DNA of 63,037 nt, filler included, from Asterionella formosa (taxonomy: Eukaryota): assembly GCA_002256025.1 (NCBI GenBank). It is 8 parts of 8 records of this genome, joined end to end, with 100 filler letters (N's around TTAATTAATTAA, not from the genome) between each part and the next. Parts side by side here need not be neighbours in the genome. Positions count along the whole stretch, not along the records: positions 26,483 to 35,192 come from NKIB01011777.1; positions 35,293 to 43,993 come from NKIB01011783.1; 6 more parts are not named here. The stretch is one strand, 5' to 3'. Shown in pieces: positions 26,383 to 37,152 of the stretch. Within the stretch, counting starts at the first letter, position 1. Each line of letters opens with the position of its first letter. Made by a program: the position numbers and the translations under genes. The notes below the pieces were generated by a model. The model did not search any database. It worked only from the letters and a program-made list of their open reading frames with translations, and was not told the DNA's origin.

Positions 26383-26482
26383 NNNNNNNNNNNNNNNNNN
26401 NNNNNNNNNNNNNNNNNNNNNNNNNNTTAATTAATTAANNNNNNNNNNNNNNNNNNNNNNNNNNNNNNNNNNNNNNNNNNNN
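26383..26482. other. Artificial contig-join spacer
   Basis: 100 bases: Ns around TTAATTAATTAA. Confidence 0.97.
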
Positions 26483-26495
26483 TATTTATTCCTTC

Positions 26496-28010
26496 TCAAG
26501 CTGCAATAATTTTGTTTCGTTGTTCCTTTAGCTTGGCAATTCGTGCCTGCATCACCAACTTTCGCTCCTCCAGAGGTGCAATAATAGGCTCCAGATGATT
26601 CCTGCTGTTGACTCGTTCATTGGCCGCCCAATGTCTCCTATACCAGGACGTGGTACATTGTGCTAATAGTTGTTCGTTCTGGTTTCTATAAAACTCCTCA
26701 AACTCGTTCAACAACAACAGGGCCTCAAAAATTGATTGAAGTTTCGCCACTTTATCTCTTAGTTCCGGTTGCATGTATCGATGCAAGAATTTAAATAAAT
26801 GACCACGTACGATATTGAATGATCCACCCGTCGTGCCTGGAAGTGGTGGATGTTGCGCAGCATAATAAAGGTAGTCACGGGCAAATTGTAGCTGTTGAGA
26901 GAACAGAGCCGCAGTGTTATTGTCCACGTAGCTCGGTTCAGAAAACACATTTGGTGTTTCCAACAATGCTTCCGAACTCATGATAGCACTGGCACTAGTC
27001 AGAGTCAAGACTTTTTGAATATCTGAATATTGTTCAATGCCACCATTGGCAACTATTGGGAAATCATTTGGCCGTACCTGCCGACATGTGTCAATGGCCA
27101 ATCGTACTTTATCTAAATGCGCTGCACCAACGAGTGTTTTGTTTTCGTGCAAGGTCCGACCATGAATGGTAACGAAATCGACTCCAGTTGCCATGAGTTT
27201 CTTCATTCGTTCTTTTAAAATATCATCACTACCATTGGCTGGGAGTCTAATTTTGGCAGAAACTTTAACATGTTCAGGTAGATTCCGTCGTAGTGCCGAG
27301 AGTATGTCCATGACGACATGTTCCTGCTGTTCCATTAGGAAGGCTCCATATTTCCCTTTCCGTGCAATTCCTTGTGGACACCCCAAATTGACATCAATCC
27401 CAGCAATGGCTGGTGCCTGGTCAAGAATTAATTGCGCAGCATCCACCATGAGGGTTGGTTCCGAGCCGGCTAGTTGGACAATTAGTGGCCCTCCTTCCAC
27501 GTGATGTGCGCCTGTGTATAGGTACTCTTCCATGCCGGCTATGCATGATTGCTGCGATGGTAGCAAGTGTTCATATAGTCGACTATCAGTATTCGCCGTA
27601 CTTGGTCTGTCAATAAAATCAAAATGTGCCAATTGAAAGTCTCGCGATTTTAAACAATTTCGTGCATGCATCATTTGTGTCATGCATAAGTCTACACCAT
27701 GTTGGCGACATAGGAGTCGAAATGGATAATCACTGGCAGCCACCATGGGTGCCATGATGGAGTGGATGGGCTTTTCGTTAATTATAAGGGGTGGCACTGA
27801 GGAGAGGGCCGAGGACAAACGTACTTGGCGATTCTGAGATGGAATCCTAACGCTAACTGAAACTGATACTGGTAAAAAGGCAGTGGCAGCACTGACGGAG
27901 CGTTTCGTCGCAGTCATTAGCATCATGCAGCAGCAGCAGCAGTAGCCTACACTAGTACTCTTGCTTCGTCGTCGTCCTCTTGTTGGGTTCAAGGATGGTA
28001 GAGATATCAT
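26496..28010 (-). CDS. DUS1: tRNA-dihydrouridine synthase, DUS1-like, with N-terminal extension
   Basis: APMVAASDYPFRLLCR, PLIVQLAG, DVNLGCPQGIARKGKYGAFLM (catalytic Cys), VSAKIRL, TIHGRT, ANGGI and RGHLFKFLH. Confidence 0.9.
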   Translation of the reverse strand: MISLPSLNPTRGRRRSKSTSVGYCCCCCMMLMTATKRSVSAATAFLPVSVSVSVRIPSQNRQVRLSSALSSVPPLIINEKPIHSIMAPMVAASDYPFRLLCRQHGVDLCMTQMMHARNCLKSRDFQLAHFDFIDRPSTANTDSRLYEHLLPSQQSCIAGMEEYLYTGAHHVEGGPLIVQLAGSEPTLMVDAAQLILDQAPAIAGIDVNLGCPQGIARKGKYGAFLMEQQEHVVMDILSALRRNLPEHVKVSAKIRLPANGSDDILKERMKKLMATGVDFVTIHGRTLHENKTLVGAAHLDKVRLAIDTCRQVRPNDFPIVANGGIEQYSDIQKVLTLTSASAIMSSEALLETPNVFSEPSYVDNNTAALFSQQLQFARDYLYYAAQHPPLPGTTGGSFNIVRGHLFKFLHRYMQPELRDKVAKLQSIFEALLLLNEFEEFYRNQNEQLLAQCTTSWYRRHWAANERVNSRNHLEPIIAPLEERKLVMQARIAKLKEQRNKIIAA

Positions 28011-28599
28011 GGCAAATGTGATGAGTGCGCTCGTTGGGATAAGGAAGTCCGTGAAGCTGTTGGAGAAATTATCTTCAGAGAAATCCCGGTCGTATTCAAA
28101 TTACCTACAATACTACGAATATTGTGTGCGTACAAACAACGTGACATTGGTATGTCCAAGGGATTGACAAAACATACATGTTGAATCAAATGAATCAAAA
28201 AGACTACGGTATCAAGATGAGAATTCGAAAACAACCTGCACCACCAGTAAAACCCAACTTTAAGGAATGATTACAATTGATCTCTGTGACATCGTTGTTC
28301 ATATCTAAAGCATGTTTGGTCCTTGATGTATCCTTCCAGGATTCCAGGAAACAAGAAGGCAATAGAAGGCTTCGGGATGCAATTTTAACAGTTTTAATAG
28401 AATTTTCCAGTCAGGATGTGCCACAAGACTAGGAGCAACATCAGGCAGACCATGGAGAGTCTGAAGTCAAGAATTAAGGGTACCAGACCATACAGAGTCT
28501 GAAGAAGTTGCAAAAGGCGCGAAATTTGTGGCAAAGAAAGGTTTCTAAGAAGGCTCAAGTCAAGGGCAAGTTCCAAACCAAGGGAGCAATAATGCTTCT

Positions 28600-28860
28600 C
28601 AAACCAACAAGAAGTGGTCTATCAATGACTAGTACAACTACTGGGTACTGCCTCGGATTGATGAAACAGTCATCTGATTATGAAACCACCATAGAGTACC
28701 TGATCAACTATATCAAGAAAGTATTTGACTATGGCAACAACATATGAACTGCACTTGAGTTATTAGAACCAATGATCACATCAGCATGGAAGCCAAGAAT
28801 GCAGGTCAGTCTTGAAACTACAGATGAAGATCATGCTTCAGAGAATTGGTTTGTTGCAGA
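28600..28860 (+). pseudogene. Possible retrotransposon gag remnant (copia-like)
   Basis: KQSSDYETTIEYLINYIKKVFDYGNNI*TALELLEP..WKP resembles, from recall only, the gag of diatom copia elements. Contains an in-frame stop. Confidence 0.4.
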
Positions 28861-29490
28861 TAATAGGCCCAAGATGGATGTTGTTGTCCTATGTTTTATG
28901 GTATTTGACTTGTTGTAGCTGAATTAACTTCTTGTATTTGGGAAGGAAAATCAATTGGGGTTCATTCATCATCTTTTGTGGGAAAGGGGACAAATTGATG
29001 GCACCTGCTGCTGCTACAAAAAGTAACTCTCCAATAACAGCACCCTGAAAAAAGCAAGGCATCTGGATTAGTGCATATGCAGGCATGGTGGCTCACATGT
29101 TACATAATGGAATCTGGCACTGAAGGTGTAGAAATGAAGTCAAATGTCATGCCAAGTGTTAACACATCCATCATCCATTGCTGATATAATATCAAATTCC
29201 ATTACAGCTTTAGATTTTCTCCTTGCAATAACATCCACAAGTCTGGTTAATTGCATATGATTGCAAATGAAACATGGACTTGTTTGAGATTATTCATCAG
29301 TAAATCATTATAGGATGGCATTAGTGCTTTCAAGTCTTCCTCTAAAGCACATGCATGAGTTGGATTGGGTTAATTAATGCATGCCAAAAATACCACTGAA
29401 CTACAATCTTCCATGGATTGTAGCAGTAGTGGCTTTCACTTCCAAATTACTATATAATGCACATTCTTGATTCCACTTTGATACGGGATT

Positions 29491-31242
29491 TCATACTTCA
29501 TGTGTAGTCTCATCTCCACTTGTATAGCATGCCCGCATCTTAGTGGGTGACAATTGATGTCCAACCATGACAAACTTTGGATCATGACAGTTTCCCTCAT
29601 TGGCAAATGCAGCAGACTTCTCCCAAAGCACAGTATTTTTAAGGGGTGACTCATCCATCCAAATGCCTAATGATGCATCTTCCCCTTGATACTCATAGAG
29701 GGAGTCAATGTGGTTCGCCACATATTCTGCAACTGGTCGACTTACAGCATACCCACATGATCCCTGTGGCCATGGAGGATAAGTCTTTTGATGGTACTCA
29801 GGTTCTGCCCACTTGCCTTGCTTAGCAACGCGCGAGCCATGAATGACCCGGCCAACCACAGTTGGATTTGTTGGACTGTACCGAGAGAGCAACTTGGCAA
29901 CAGAGGAAACTCTCACGAATGTATCATCATCAGCTTTGACTATCCAATCTGCTTTTGTATTTTTCAGCACCCAATCAAATGCAGCTTTTAACTTGTGCAC
30001 CAATGATTTGTAGGAATCAGGACGCTCTATATATATAATGTCTTGATATTTCTCTTGCTCGGCAAAAAGTTTTTCTTGTACCTCTGCAACTTTCGCCAAA
30101 TGTGTGTCATCTCCCATTGGTCCTTCACATCCCAATTTATAAAGTCCTGGGCGCATGTGTTTGGGTACAAGGCAGGGTGTGTTTATTGCAAAGTACACAT
30201 TGTCATGTCCACTTGCCCATGATTCTCGAATTGCCGCCCGCATGAAAAAATTTTCTCGAGCTGACATGACGATAATGACAGTCGTGTCTTTGGTCACCTT
30301 TGGCGCTGTCAAAGTGCCTACAGCTTCTTTCTCGCTGGGCAATGCTCTCTTGTCGCTTTCATAACATAATTTCATAACATCAGGGCTAATTTCGTGGCCA
30401 ATGATGACAAAATCATCGTCATAGCATGATCTAACTTCTTTCTTACCGGGAATGTTTGTTCTAGCAAATTGGGATGACTCCAACCACTGTACAGCTGCCT
30501 TGTGCGGTGATTCGTCCAACCAGATACCAATAGATACATCCTCACCCTGATAATCAAAGAGAGTGTCCTTCGTCCCAGCAATATATTCTGCCACGGGTCT
30601 TGAAACGGCATGTCCAAAAGATCCTTGTGGAAAACTGGGGTAAAGAGTTTTGTTGTAGTCCAACTCAGCCCATTTGCCTTTCTTTTGTGGGCGTGACGTT
30701 GACCTGATGTGCCCCAAGACTACGTACTTTGATGCATCGATGGTTTGCAGATACGCTCCAATCTTGTCAACCCGTGCATACATGTCATCGTCCGTTTTTA
30801 CAATCCATTTTGCAGTGGGCATATCGTTGACAATCCATAAATATGCTTCTTTGAGCTTATGTGGCAACCCCCGATAGTTTTCCGGTTGCGGGGTCCAGAT
30901 CAAGTCACGAAAGGTTTCTTGCTCTTTTGATATCTTGAGACTCTCGACTCTCAACTGTTCTGTGTAAATGGCATCATTGATACTGTTGTTCTGGTCTTCG
31001 TCTCGTTGTTCGCACGTGAGTTCGTTCTTGCGTTGGGCAGGAGGGAACGGGCAGTCGTTGCCAATGACAAAGAATACATTTGATTTCTCCTTGGCCCACG
31101 TTTCTCGAATGGCAGCACGTTTATCAAAGTGCCCCCGCGCAGATAGTACGATAATGATAGTCTCTTCGAAGGAATGGTCGGGGTTTACCCAATCAGCAGG
31201 GCGTTCCGAAGTGGCAGCAGCAGCGCCACTATTGGGATTGGC
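29491..31242 (-). CDS. GT31 (beta-1,3-galactosyltransferase family) protein with two tandem catalytic domains; 5' end lost in the N gap 31245-32046
   Basis: Each motif occurs twice: RAAIRETWA/RAAIRESWA, WIVKTDDD/WIVKADDD (DxD), GKWAE, FPQGSFG/WPQGSCG, and QGEDVSIGIW/QGEDASLGIW. Confidence 0.88.
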   Translation of the reverse strand, partial: ANPNSGAAAATSERPADWVNPDHSFEETIIIVLSARGHFDKRAAIRETWAKEKSNVFFVIGNDCPFPPAQRKNELTCEQRDEDQNNSINDAIYTEQLRVESLKISKEQETFRDLIWTPQPENYRGLPHKLKEAYLWIVNDMPTAKWIVKTDDDMYARVDKIGAYLQTIDASKYVVLGHIRSTSRPQKKGKWAELDYNKTLYPSFPQGSFGHAVSRPVAEYIAGTKDTLFDYQGEDVSIGIWLDESPHKAAVQWLESSQFARTNIPGKKEVRSCYDDDFVIIGHEISPDVMKLCYESDKRALPSEKEAVGTLTAPKVTKDTTVIIVMSARENFFMRAAIRESWASGHDNVYFAINTPCLVPKHMRPGLYKLGCEGPMGDDTHLAKVAEVQEKLFAEQEKYQDIIYIERPDSYKSLVHKLKAAFDWVLKNTKADWIVKADDDTFVRVSSVAKLLSRYSPTNPTVVGRVIHGSRVAKQGKWAEPEYHQKTYPPWPQGSCGYAVSRPVAEYVANHIDSLYEYQGEDASLGIWMDESPLKNTVLWEKSAAFANEGNCHDPKFVMVGHQLSPTKMRACYTSGDETTHEV

Positions 31243-32268
31243 ATNNNNNNNNNNNNNNNNNNNNNNNNNNNNNNNNNNNNNNNNNNNNNNNNNNNNNNNN
31301 NNNNNNNNNNNNNNNNNNNNNNNNNNNNNNNNNNNNNNNNNNNNNNNNNNNNNNNNNNNNNNNNNNNNNNNNNNNNNNNNNNNNNNNNNNNNNNNNNNNN
31401 NNNNNNNNNNNNNNNNNNNNNNNNNNNNNNNNNNNNNNNNNNNNNNNNNNNNNNNNNNNNNNNNNNNNNNNNNNNNNNNNNNNNNNNNNNNNNNNNNNNN
31501 NNNNNNNNNNNNNNNNNNNNNNNNNNNNNNNNNNNNNNNNNNNNNNNNNNNNNNNNNNNNNNNNNNNNNNNNNNNNNNNNNNNNNNNNNNNNNNNNNNNN
31601 NNNNNNNNNNNNNNNNNNNNNNNNNNNNNNNNNNNNNNNNNNNNNNNNNNNNNNNNNNNNNNNNNNNNNNNNNNNNNNNNNNNNNNNNNNNNNNNNNNNN
31701 NNNNNNNNNNNNNNNNNNNNNNNNNNNNNNNNNNNNNNNNNNNNNNNNNNNNNNNNNNNNNNNNNNNNNNNNNNNNNNNNNNNNNNNNNNNNNNNNNNNN
31801 NNNNNNNNNNNNNNNNNNNNNNNNNNNNNNNNNNNNNNNNNNNNNNNNNNNNNNNNNNNNNNNNNNNNNNNNNNNNNNNNNNNNNNNNNNNNNNNNNNNN
31901 NNNNNNNNNNNNNNNNNNNNNNNNNNNNNNNNNNNNNNNNNNNNNNNNNNNNNNNNNNNNNNNNNNNNNNNNNNNNNNNNNNNNNNNNNNNNNNNNNNNN
32001 NNNNNNNNNNNNNNNNNNNNNNNNNNNNNNNNNNNNNNNNNNNNNNTGTGAAGAGACCCAGCCCAAAGGAAGGAGAACGGACCATTTTAACAAAAGTATA
32101 GCCGATGTAAACAGAAGAAACTAAGCTAGTACTATCACAGCAATCCTACTAGCTAGCGCTGGTAAGTAACCCCTCTCACCATGGAGGGTAATGTATATTT
32201 GCAGCTACACCATCAAATGAGTCCGTTTCAGCACCACTGCAGCTACACAGTATAAACCACCCTACAGG

Positions 32269-32702
32269 CAGATGAAAGAGCCACAAGAATTGACAAGAAA
32301 CTCATGGAGAACGACCAAAATGACCAAAATCCACCCAACAGCATCATTAAATTGAGTAAGTCTTCTGACGATGTCCTTGCATAAAAATCAGAAACGGTCA
32401 TACCGTTTCCATTCCACCGTACATACACAGGATATGATGAACAACAAACAGATGAAAGAACCACAAGAATTGACAAGAAACTCATCATGGAGATAGACCG
32501 AAATAACCGAAATCCATCCAACAGTGGCATTTACTTGAGTAGGGCTTTTGACGATGTCCACGCTTCTAAATCAGATCCAAACACAGTGTTTCGGTCCCAC
32601 CGTACCTATACTGTACATACATAACAACAAACAGATGAAAGTTGACCACAAGAATCGACAAGAAACTCATGGAGACCCAACCACAGCATCATTCAGTTGA
32701 GG
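32269..32702 (+). repeat. ~180-bp tandem repeat, ~2.4 units
   Basis: CAGATGAAAG..CCACAAGAATYGACAAGAAACTCAT recurs at 32269, 32449 and 32632. Confidence 0.85.
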
Positions 32703-33829
32703 AATGCTCTAAGACAAATTTGAGGAAAGATACAATGAAACAAATGAAGAAGATAAATTAATCCAGGCTATATAACCACCTTGAAGACAATTGTTATTCA
32801 TGGACCTGGCAACACTGATGGCAAAACCTTTTCTACAAAACTCCTACCTGAGGAAATGATCACCCCAAACTTCTCCACCAAGCAACCCACCAAGATTTCT
32901 TGGCCAGCATGGAGCGCAATTAATTCCATTATGTAGCTAAATCAGAACTAACGAGCTACAAATATTATTGAGCATAAATATAGCCTATCCATGGTTGCTT
33001 CGCAACTGATTCCAAATTAATTTCTTCTCATGTCAATTGTCAACTGCCATCAGTTTCGATTTCTCTGCGGCTCCAAAACTCAATATAGGCAGTGCAGACT
33101 AATTTAATTCACAAAATCTAGAAATCATTTCGTTTGAATGCCATTTATATTAGCACCTACTAAGGGAATGTCTTAGATGGATGAGTATGTTGCCTGTAAT
33201 CGTCTGATTGTGTGGTTTGATTCCCTAAATTTTTAAGAAGCAATTGTTGTTTACACTCAGACAATCCTTACATCTAAGATGCCGTTTACGGCACTTTTTC
33301 GAATTTATGTCTAAAGTGACGTATTAATGCTAATTTTTTCGGGGGAATTTATTTGGGTCAAACCAAAATTTATGTGTTCTAAAAAATCATTTTCTTCACT
33401 TAACGAATAACTATGTAATCAAACCAATTATCATGTTAGTTCACAACAATATTTTCATATCAACTAGCCATCACAACAGTATAATGGCAAACTTGCATCA
33501 CTTCACGGCAATATTATGCTGGTCTCACCACAACAAAATAAAGAGTCTCCAATTTCGATTTAATAAATATTTTTCTGCTATCTTATTTGACTTTGAGATC
33601 AACTGCCAAAGAGCAACACATCTAGCTATTTGAAGCCAATACCTGCATCCAGGAATACACAAATTGTCGGCACAGTAGAGTCAATCAATTCTCAGTTGAT
33701 AAATAAATTTTTAACACCTTTTGCTTCAACTAATCATGTTATTGTTATAGTCGTTGTCTTACTCACCATTGATCAGCTATTGCGAAAATTCGTTGTTTTG
33801 GATTATGCAGCTATAGATCATGTAGAAAA

Positions 33830-34075
33830 AATATGCCATTGGCGATTTCAGTTTTCTTTGTAAATATCATTGTTTTTACAATTATTTTTCTTTTGCGATT
33901 GTATTGTCTTTGTTGTGCTTGAATTATGTACCAAATATGAAAGTGTCATTCTCAATTTTCGAAGCGATCTCCCCTATTTTCGTCATGGTCAAGGTTGAGA
34001 CAACATGATTTCGGATGCTCCAGCCGATCACAACGTCTACACTGTAGTGTTTTGTATAAACAAGAGAGTCGCATG
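33830..34075 (-). repeat. Diverged inverted copy of the internal part of the 41614-42248 element
   Basis: TATTTTCGTCATGGTCAAGGTTG is the reverse complement of CAACCTTGACCATGACGAAAATA at ~41857, and the flanks are colinear. Confidence 0.7.
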
Positions 34076-35192
34076 ATAACCTTTATGTTTCGCTTACAAG
34101 GGCTGCCTTAGGTACCAGTACTTTACCTGAGCATGAATACATCCATATGAATTTTCCTTATGTTTCTATTACTGGTGGTGCGCAGTTGAAGAATGGTGGT
34201 AAAATTGGACATCCTCATTGTAGACTGCGCCAGGATCTTAGTGTTTTCATATTACAGTAATCTGGTACATTGTATTAGGAAATGAGCACAATTGACCCTT
34301 CCCATAATAATAAATAAAACATGTGTTATTATCATCAATCTTCCTCTTCTCCTTTTCTCGCTCAGCTCAACCTCTTTTCTAATCTATAGCCTCATATTTA
34401 AAAAAAGAATCAACCAAGAAGGGGTGTCGTTTTCAAACCTTAGTTGTCGGCGCTTTTTTGGTATGTTCGTATTGTTTATTTCTTCACCTTTCTCTGTATG
34501 CAATAAAAAAACTACTTGAAATCATTCAGTGATGAGCACAAATGTAATGGAGCAAATATTACTTTGGCATAGAAGTAAATTAATGGTACGAAACAAGCAT
34601 GCAGGCGATGTTGACGATGTGGTGAAAGATTTGAAGCTGGATCAAATGGCGCTCCGCTCTTTTCGTTTTGCTACAAAATGACTTACTAAGATTGTTCGAC
34701 TAGGTAAATTGATAGTTTCAATCAAGATTCAAGAAGAGCTTTGTGAAATGACAGTGCTGCTGTGATCAAGAGGAGGTGAAAGTAGTGCTGTACAAAGACA
34801 AGCTGGAGTGGTGTCCCCATTTGGCATTGCTCTAGCTACTGCCTTGCGTTCCCTCTAGTGCCAGCATTGTACTATCTGGATTGCTAGTAATAAAAATCAT
34901 ACACACTTTATTTACATTTATTCAACAACTTCTTGTATTTTTTACATCATTTATTTGTAGAAATTACGTGATTGTTGGGAAAAATTTTCGTGGTTGGCGC
35001 TCAAGAAATTATTTGATCAGACATAAAAAATATTGTCAGTTGGCCACAAAAATTATGTGGGTTTCTAAAAATATGGAAGTTGTCGAAACTATTTTAGTTC
35101 ACTCTTATCATATACCGGTATATTATGTGATGCATCACATTAAATATGTACTGTCATACCCTTAAATTATGTATGTAGCCAAATTAGTCATA

Positions 35193-35292
35193 NNNNNNNN
35201 NNNNNNNNNNNNNNNNNNNNNNNNNNNNNNNNNNNNTTAATTAATTAANNNNNNNNNNNNNNNNNNNNNNNNNNNNNNNNNNNNNNNNNNNN
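35193..35292. other. Artificial contig-join spacer
   Basis: 100 bases: Ns around TTAATTAATTAA. Confidence 0.97.
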
Positions 35293-35820
35293 ACTTCATG
35301 TTCAGACTGGTGCCGGCTCATTGTTGATTTTGCTATTGTCTTCCCTCTGATATATGCTAAATTCATGAGCTGTAAGGACTTCATTTTATTTGCTTCCTTC
35401 TTCGCTTTTCGTATATCACATTCTCTAATAGTGCTGCTTTGTTTGTCAATCTCTGGTGGTAAAATGCTATCCATGATATTTACATGTGAAAGTACTACCA
35501 TGCCCTCCTCTTGTCCTTGATTGGAATCATGTCTCCTCTCTTCATCTTGTTGTCGTTGTTGCAATGCAGTTGCATCATCTGGATTCATCAGGGCGCAACC
35601 GAACTTTTCATAGCAATGGATGTATGTTGTTTTGAACTGAATATCTGCTTCTTCATGCAAATGACCGCAAAGAGCATGAATGTTATACCCGCATCCAGGG
35701 CAGTTATGTGCACTTGACCTTGGAAGCTCCTTCACCATGCATCTCTCTTGAGATGCACAAACCATTTCTTCATTTTCTGACATGAGCGATGTTTTGATGT
35801 GGCAGTGGGTCATTTCCATG
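35293..35820 (-). CDS. Truncated ORF with a Cys/His zinc-finger-like motif, possibly transposon-encoded
   Basis: C..ERC...HNCPGCGYNIHALCG...YIHCY followed by low-complexity and basic helical sequence. Cut by the contig end. Confidence 0.4.
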
Positions 35821-36195
35821 GGTATATTGTTGATTGTTGTTGTTCTCAATTGATGTTCATAATTGACTGAGTCCTCGGAACCCCGCTATATTTGTTAAGA
35901 AGATTTATGCATTTTTTCGTCATCTGGAAGAAACATTGTATCATTGCTCAGGCCTTCCGGTTTGCATTCTACCAGTAGGAGTACCTGGTACCTGGTACCT
36001 GGTACAGGAGTATTCAACGCAAAAGACAGACATACCGGTAGTAGTCCCGAAATTCTGCTACCATACGTATGTACCAACCAGTAACTGGGTACCAGGTACC
36101 TTAGTACCGGTACTACCGGTACAGCTATTAGCAGTTGATATCATGCATGTACTGTCAATCTGAATCCTACGATGGTACAAAATTGAACGCTGTTT

Positions 36196-36330
36196 CTACA
36201 TGTTTTTGGGGAGAAAAGTCTCCCCAAAAAGCCGCTGCTGACGGGGCCGCAGAAAATATACGTGTTAAAAGCTAGAGGGGAATAAATGTCAGCGCGGAAA
36301 AAAGGGGAGAATTTCTCCCCAAAAATGTAG
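36196..36330. repeat. Inverted repeat with internally palindromic arms
   Basis: CTACATGTTTTTGGGGAGAAAAGTCTCCCC ... GGGGAGAATTTCTCCCCAAAAATGTAG. Confidence 0.65.
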
Positions 36331-36624
36331 GAGTATCTCCTACATTCTCCCCATTTTCCACGCTTCTGCAGCAGCAGCTCCAGTAACAGGTACCAGGTAC
36401 CAGTAGCAGACAATGGTGGACTCGGAGTAAGTTGTTGGTCGTCAAGGGACGAATTCCCCTGAATTCGCTCTTAACTCTTTTTTGCACAACATTCGCACTT
36501 AAAATTGCGCATAAAATCCACAGCCACAGGGCGCTTGTTGAGATGTTCCAGATCTCCTTGATAGTACTTAAACGTCTAGTGTCCAGTACTACTAGTTCTC
36601 CTCTAGCTAGTTTTCGACAACACT

Positions 36625-37152
36625 TTAATCTATTTTTAGATTAACCTCTTTCAATGTTCTGTCTTCACTGTTGGAAATATATTGAGCAACCTTTCTTGCA
36701 ACCACACCATCTAGCATAGCCTTAATCTCCATCTTTCTTGATTTCCATGATTTGCGAGAAAAGTAGCAATGTAGGAACCATAAATCATCTCGTCGCATGT
36801 GGCATTCCTTGGCTGGCCTGTAATCCACCCAGTAATCCGTATGCAGAGGACCAGCATAAGATGACCCCCTATAGACTTTCGGAGCAACAGAAACAGAACT
36901 TGCTTTCGAGTTCACTTGAGGTACCAATCCGTCTCCAGGTGCATAGTAGGGATGCAGTGAGACAGTCGGCAGCCATGTCAGCTTGAATACTTTCGCTGGC
37001 GCTGGCGACCCTTCGGCTGGATTCTCACTCAGACAAGGAGGGGACTTCATAGGTTGCACAGGGTAAGAACAGATTGACGACTTTGTACTTTTCTGTACAA
37101 GGTCTTGCATGTCATTTACAATAGTAGTCACACTGGCATCCTTCACATACAA
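36625..37152 (-). CDS. Unknown ORF, probable continuation of the 37143-38327 gene
   Basis: Overlaps the upstream stop. Its C-terminus (SRK....MLDGVVARKVAQYISNSEDRT) duplicates the upstream ORF's C-terminus. Confidence 0.45.
   Translation of the reverse strand: MYVKDASVTTIVNDMQDLVQKSTKSSICSYPVQPMKSPPCLSENPAEGSPAPAKVFKLTWLPTVSLHPYYAPGDGLVPQVNSKASSVSVAPKVYRGSSYAGPLHTDYWVDYRPAKECHMRRDDLWFLHCYFSRKSWKSRKMEIKAMLDGVVARKVAQYISNSEDRTLKEVNLKID

Noticed and set aside
367..31242. Apparent sulfated-glycan gene cluster (sulfotransferase, ABCG, GT61, GT31)
   Set aside because: The genes lie on three unrelated contigs. Only ABCG, LRR and GT61 are truly adjacent.
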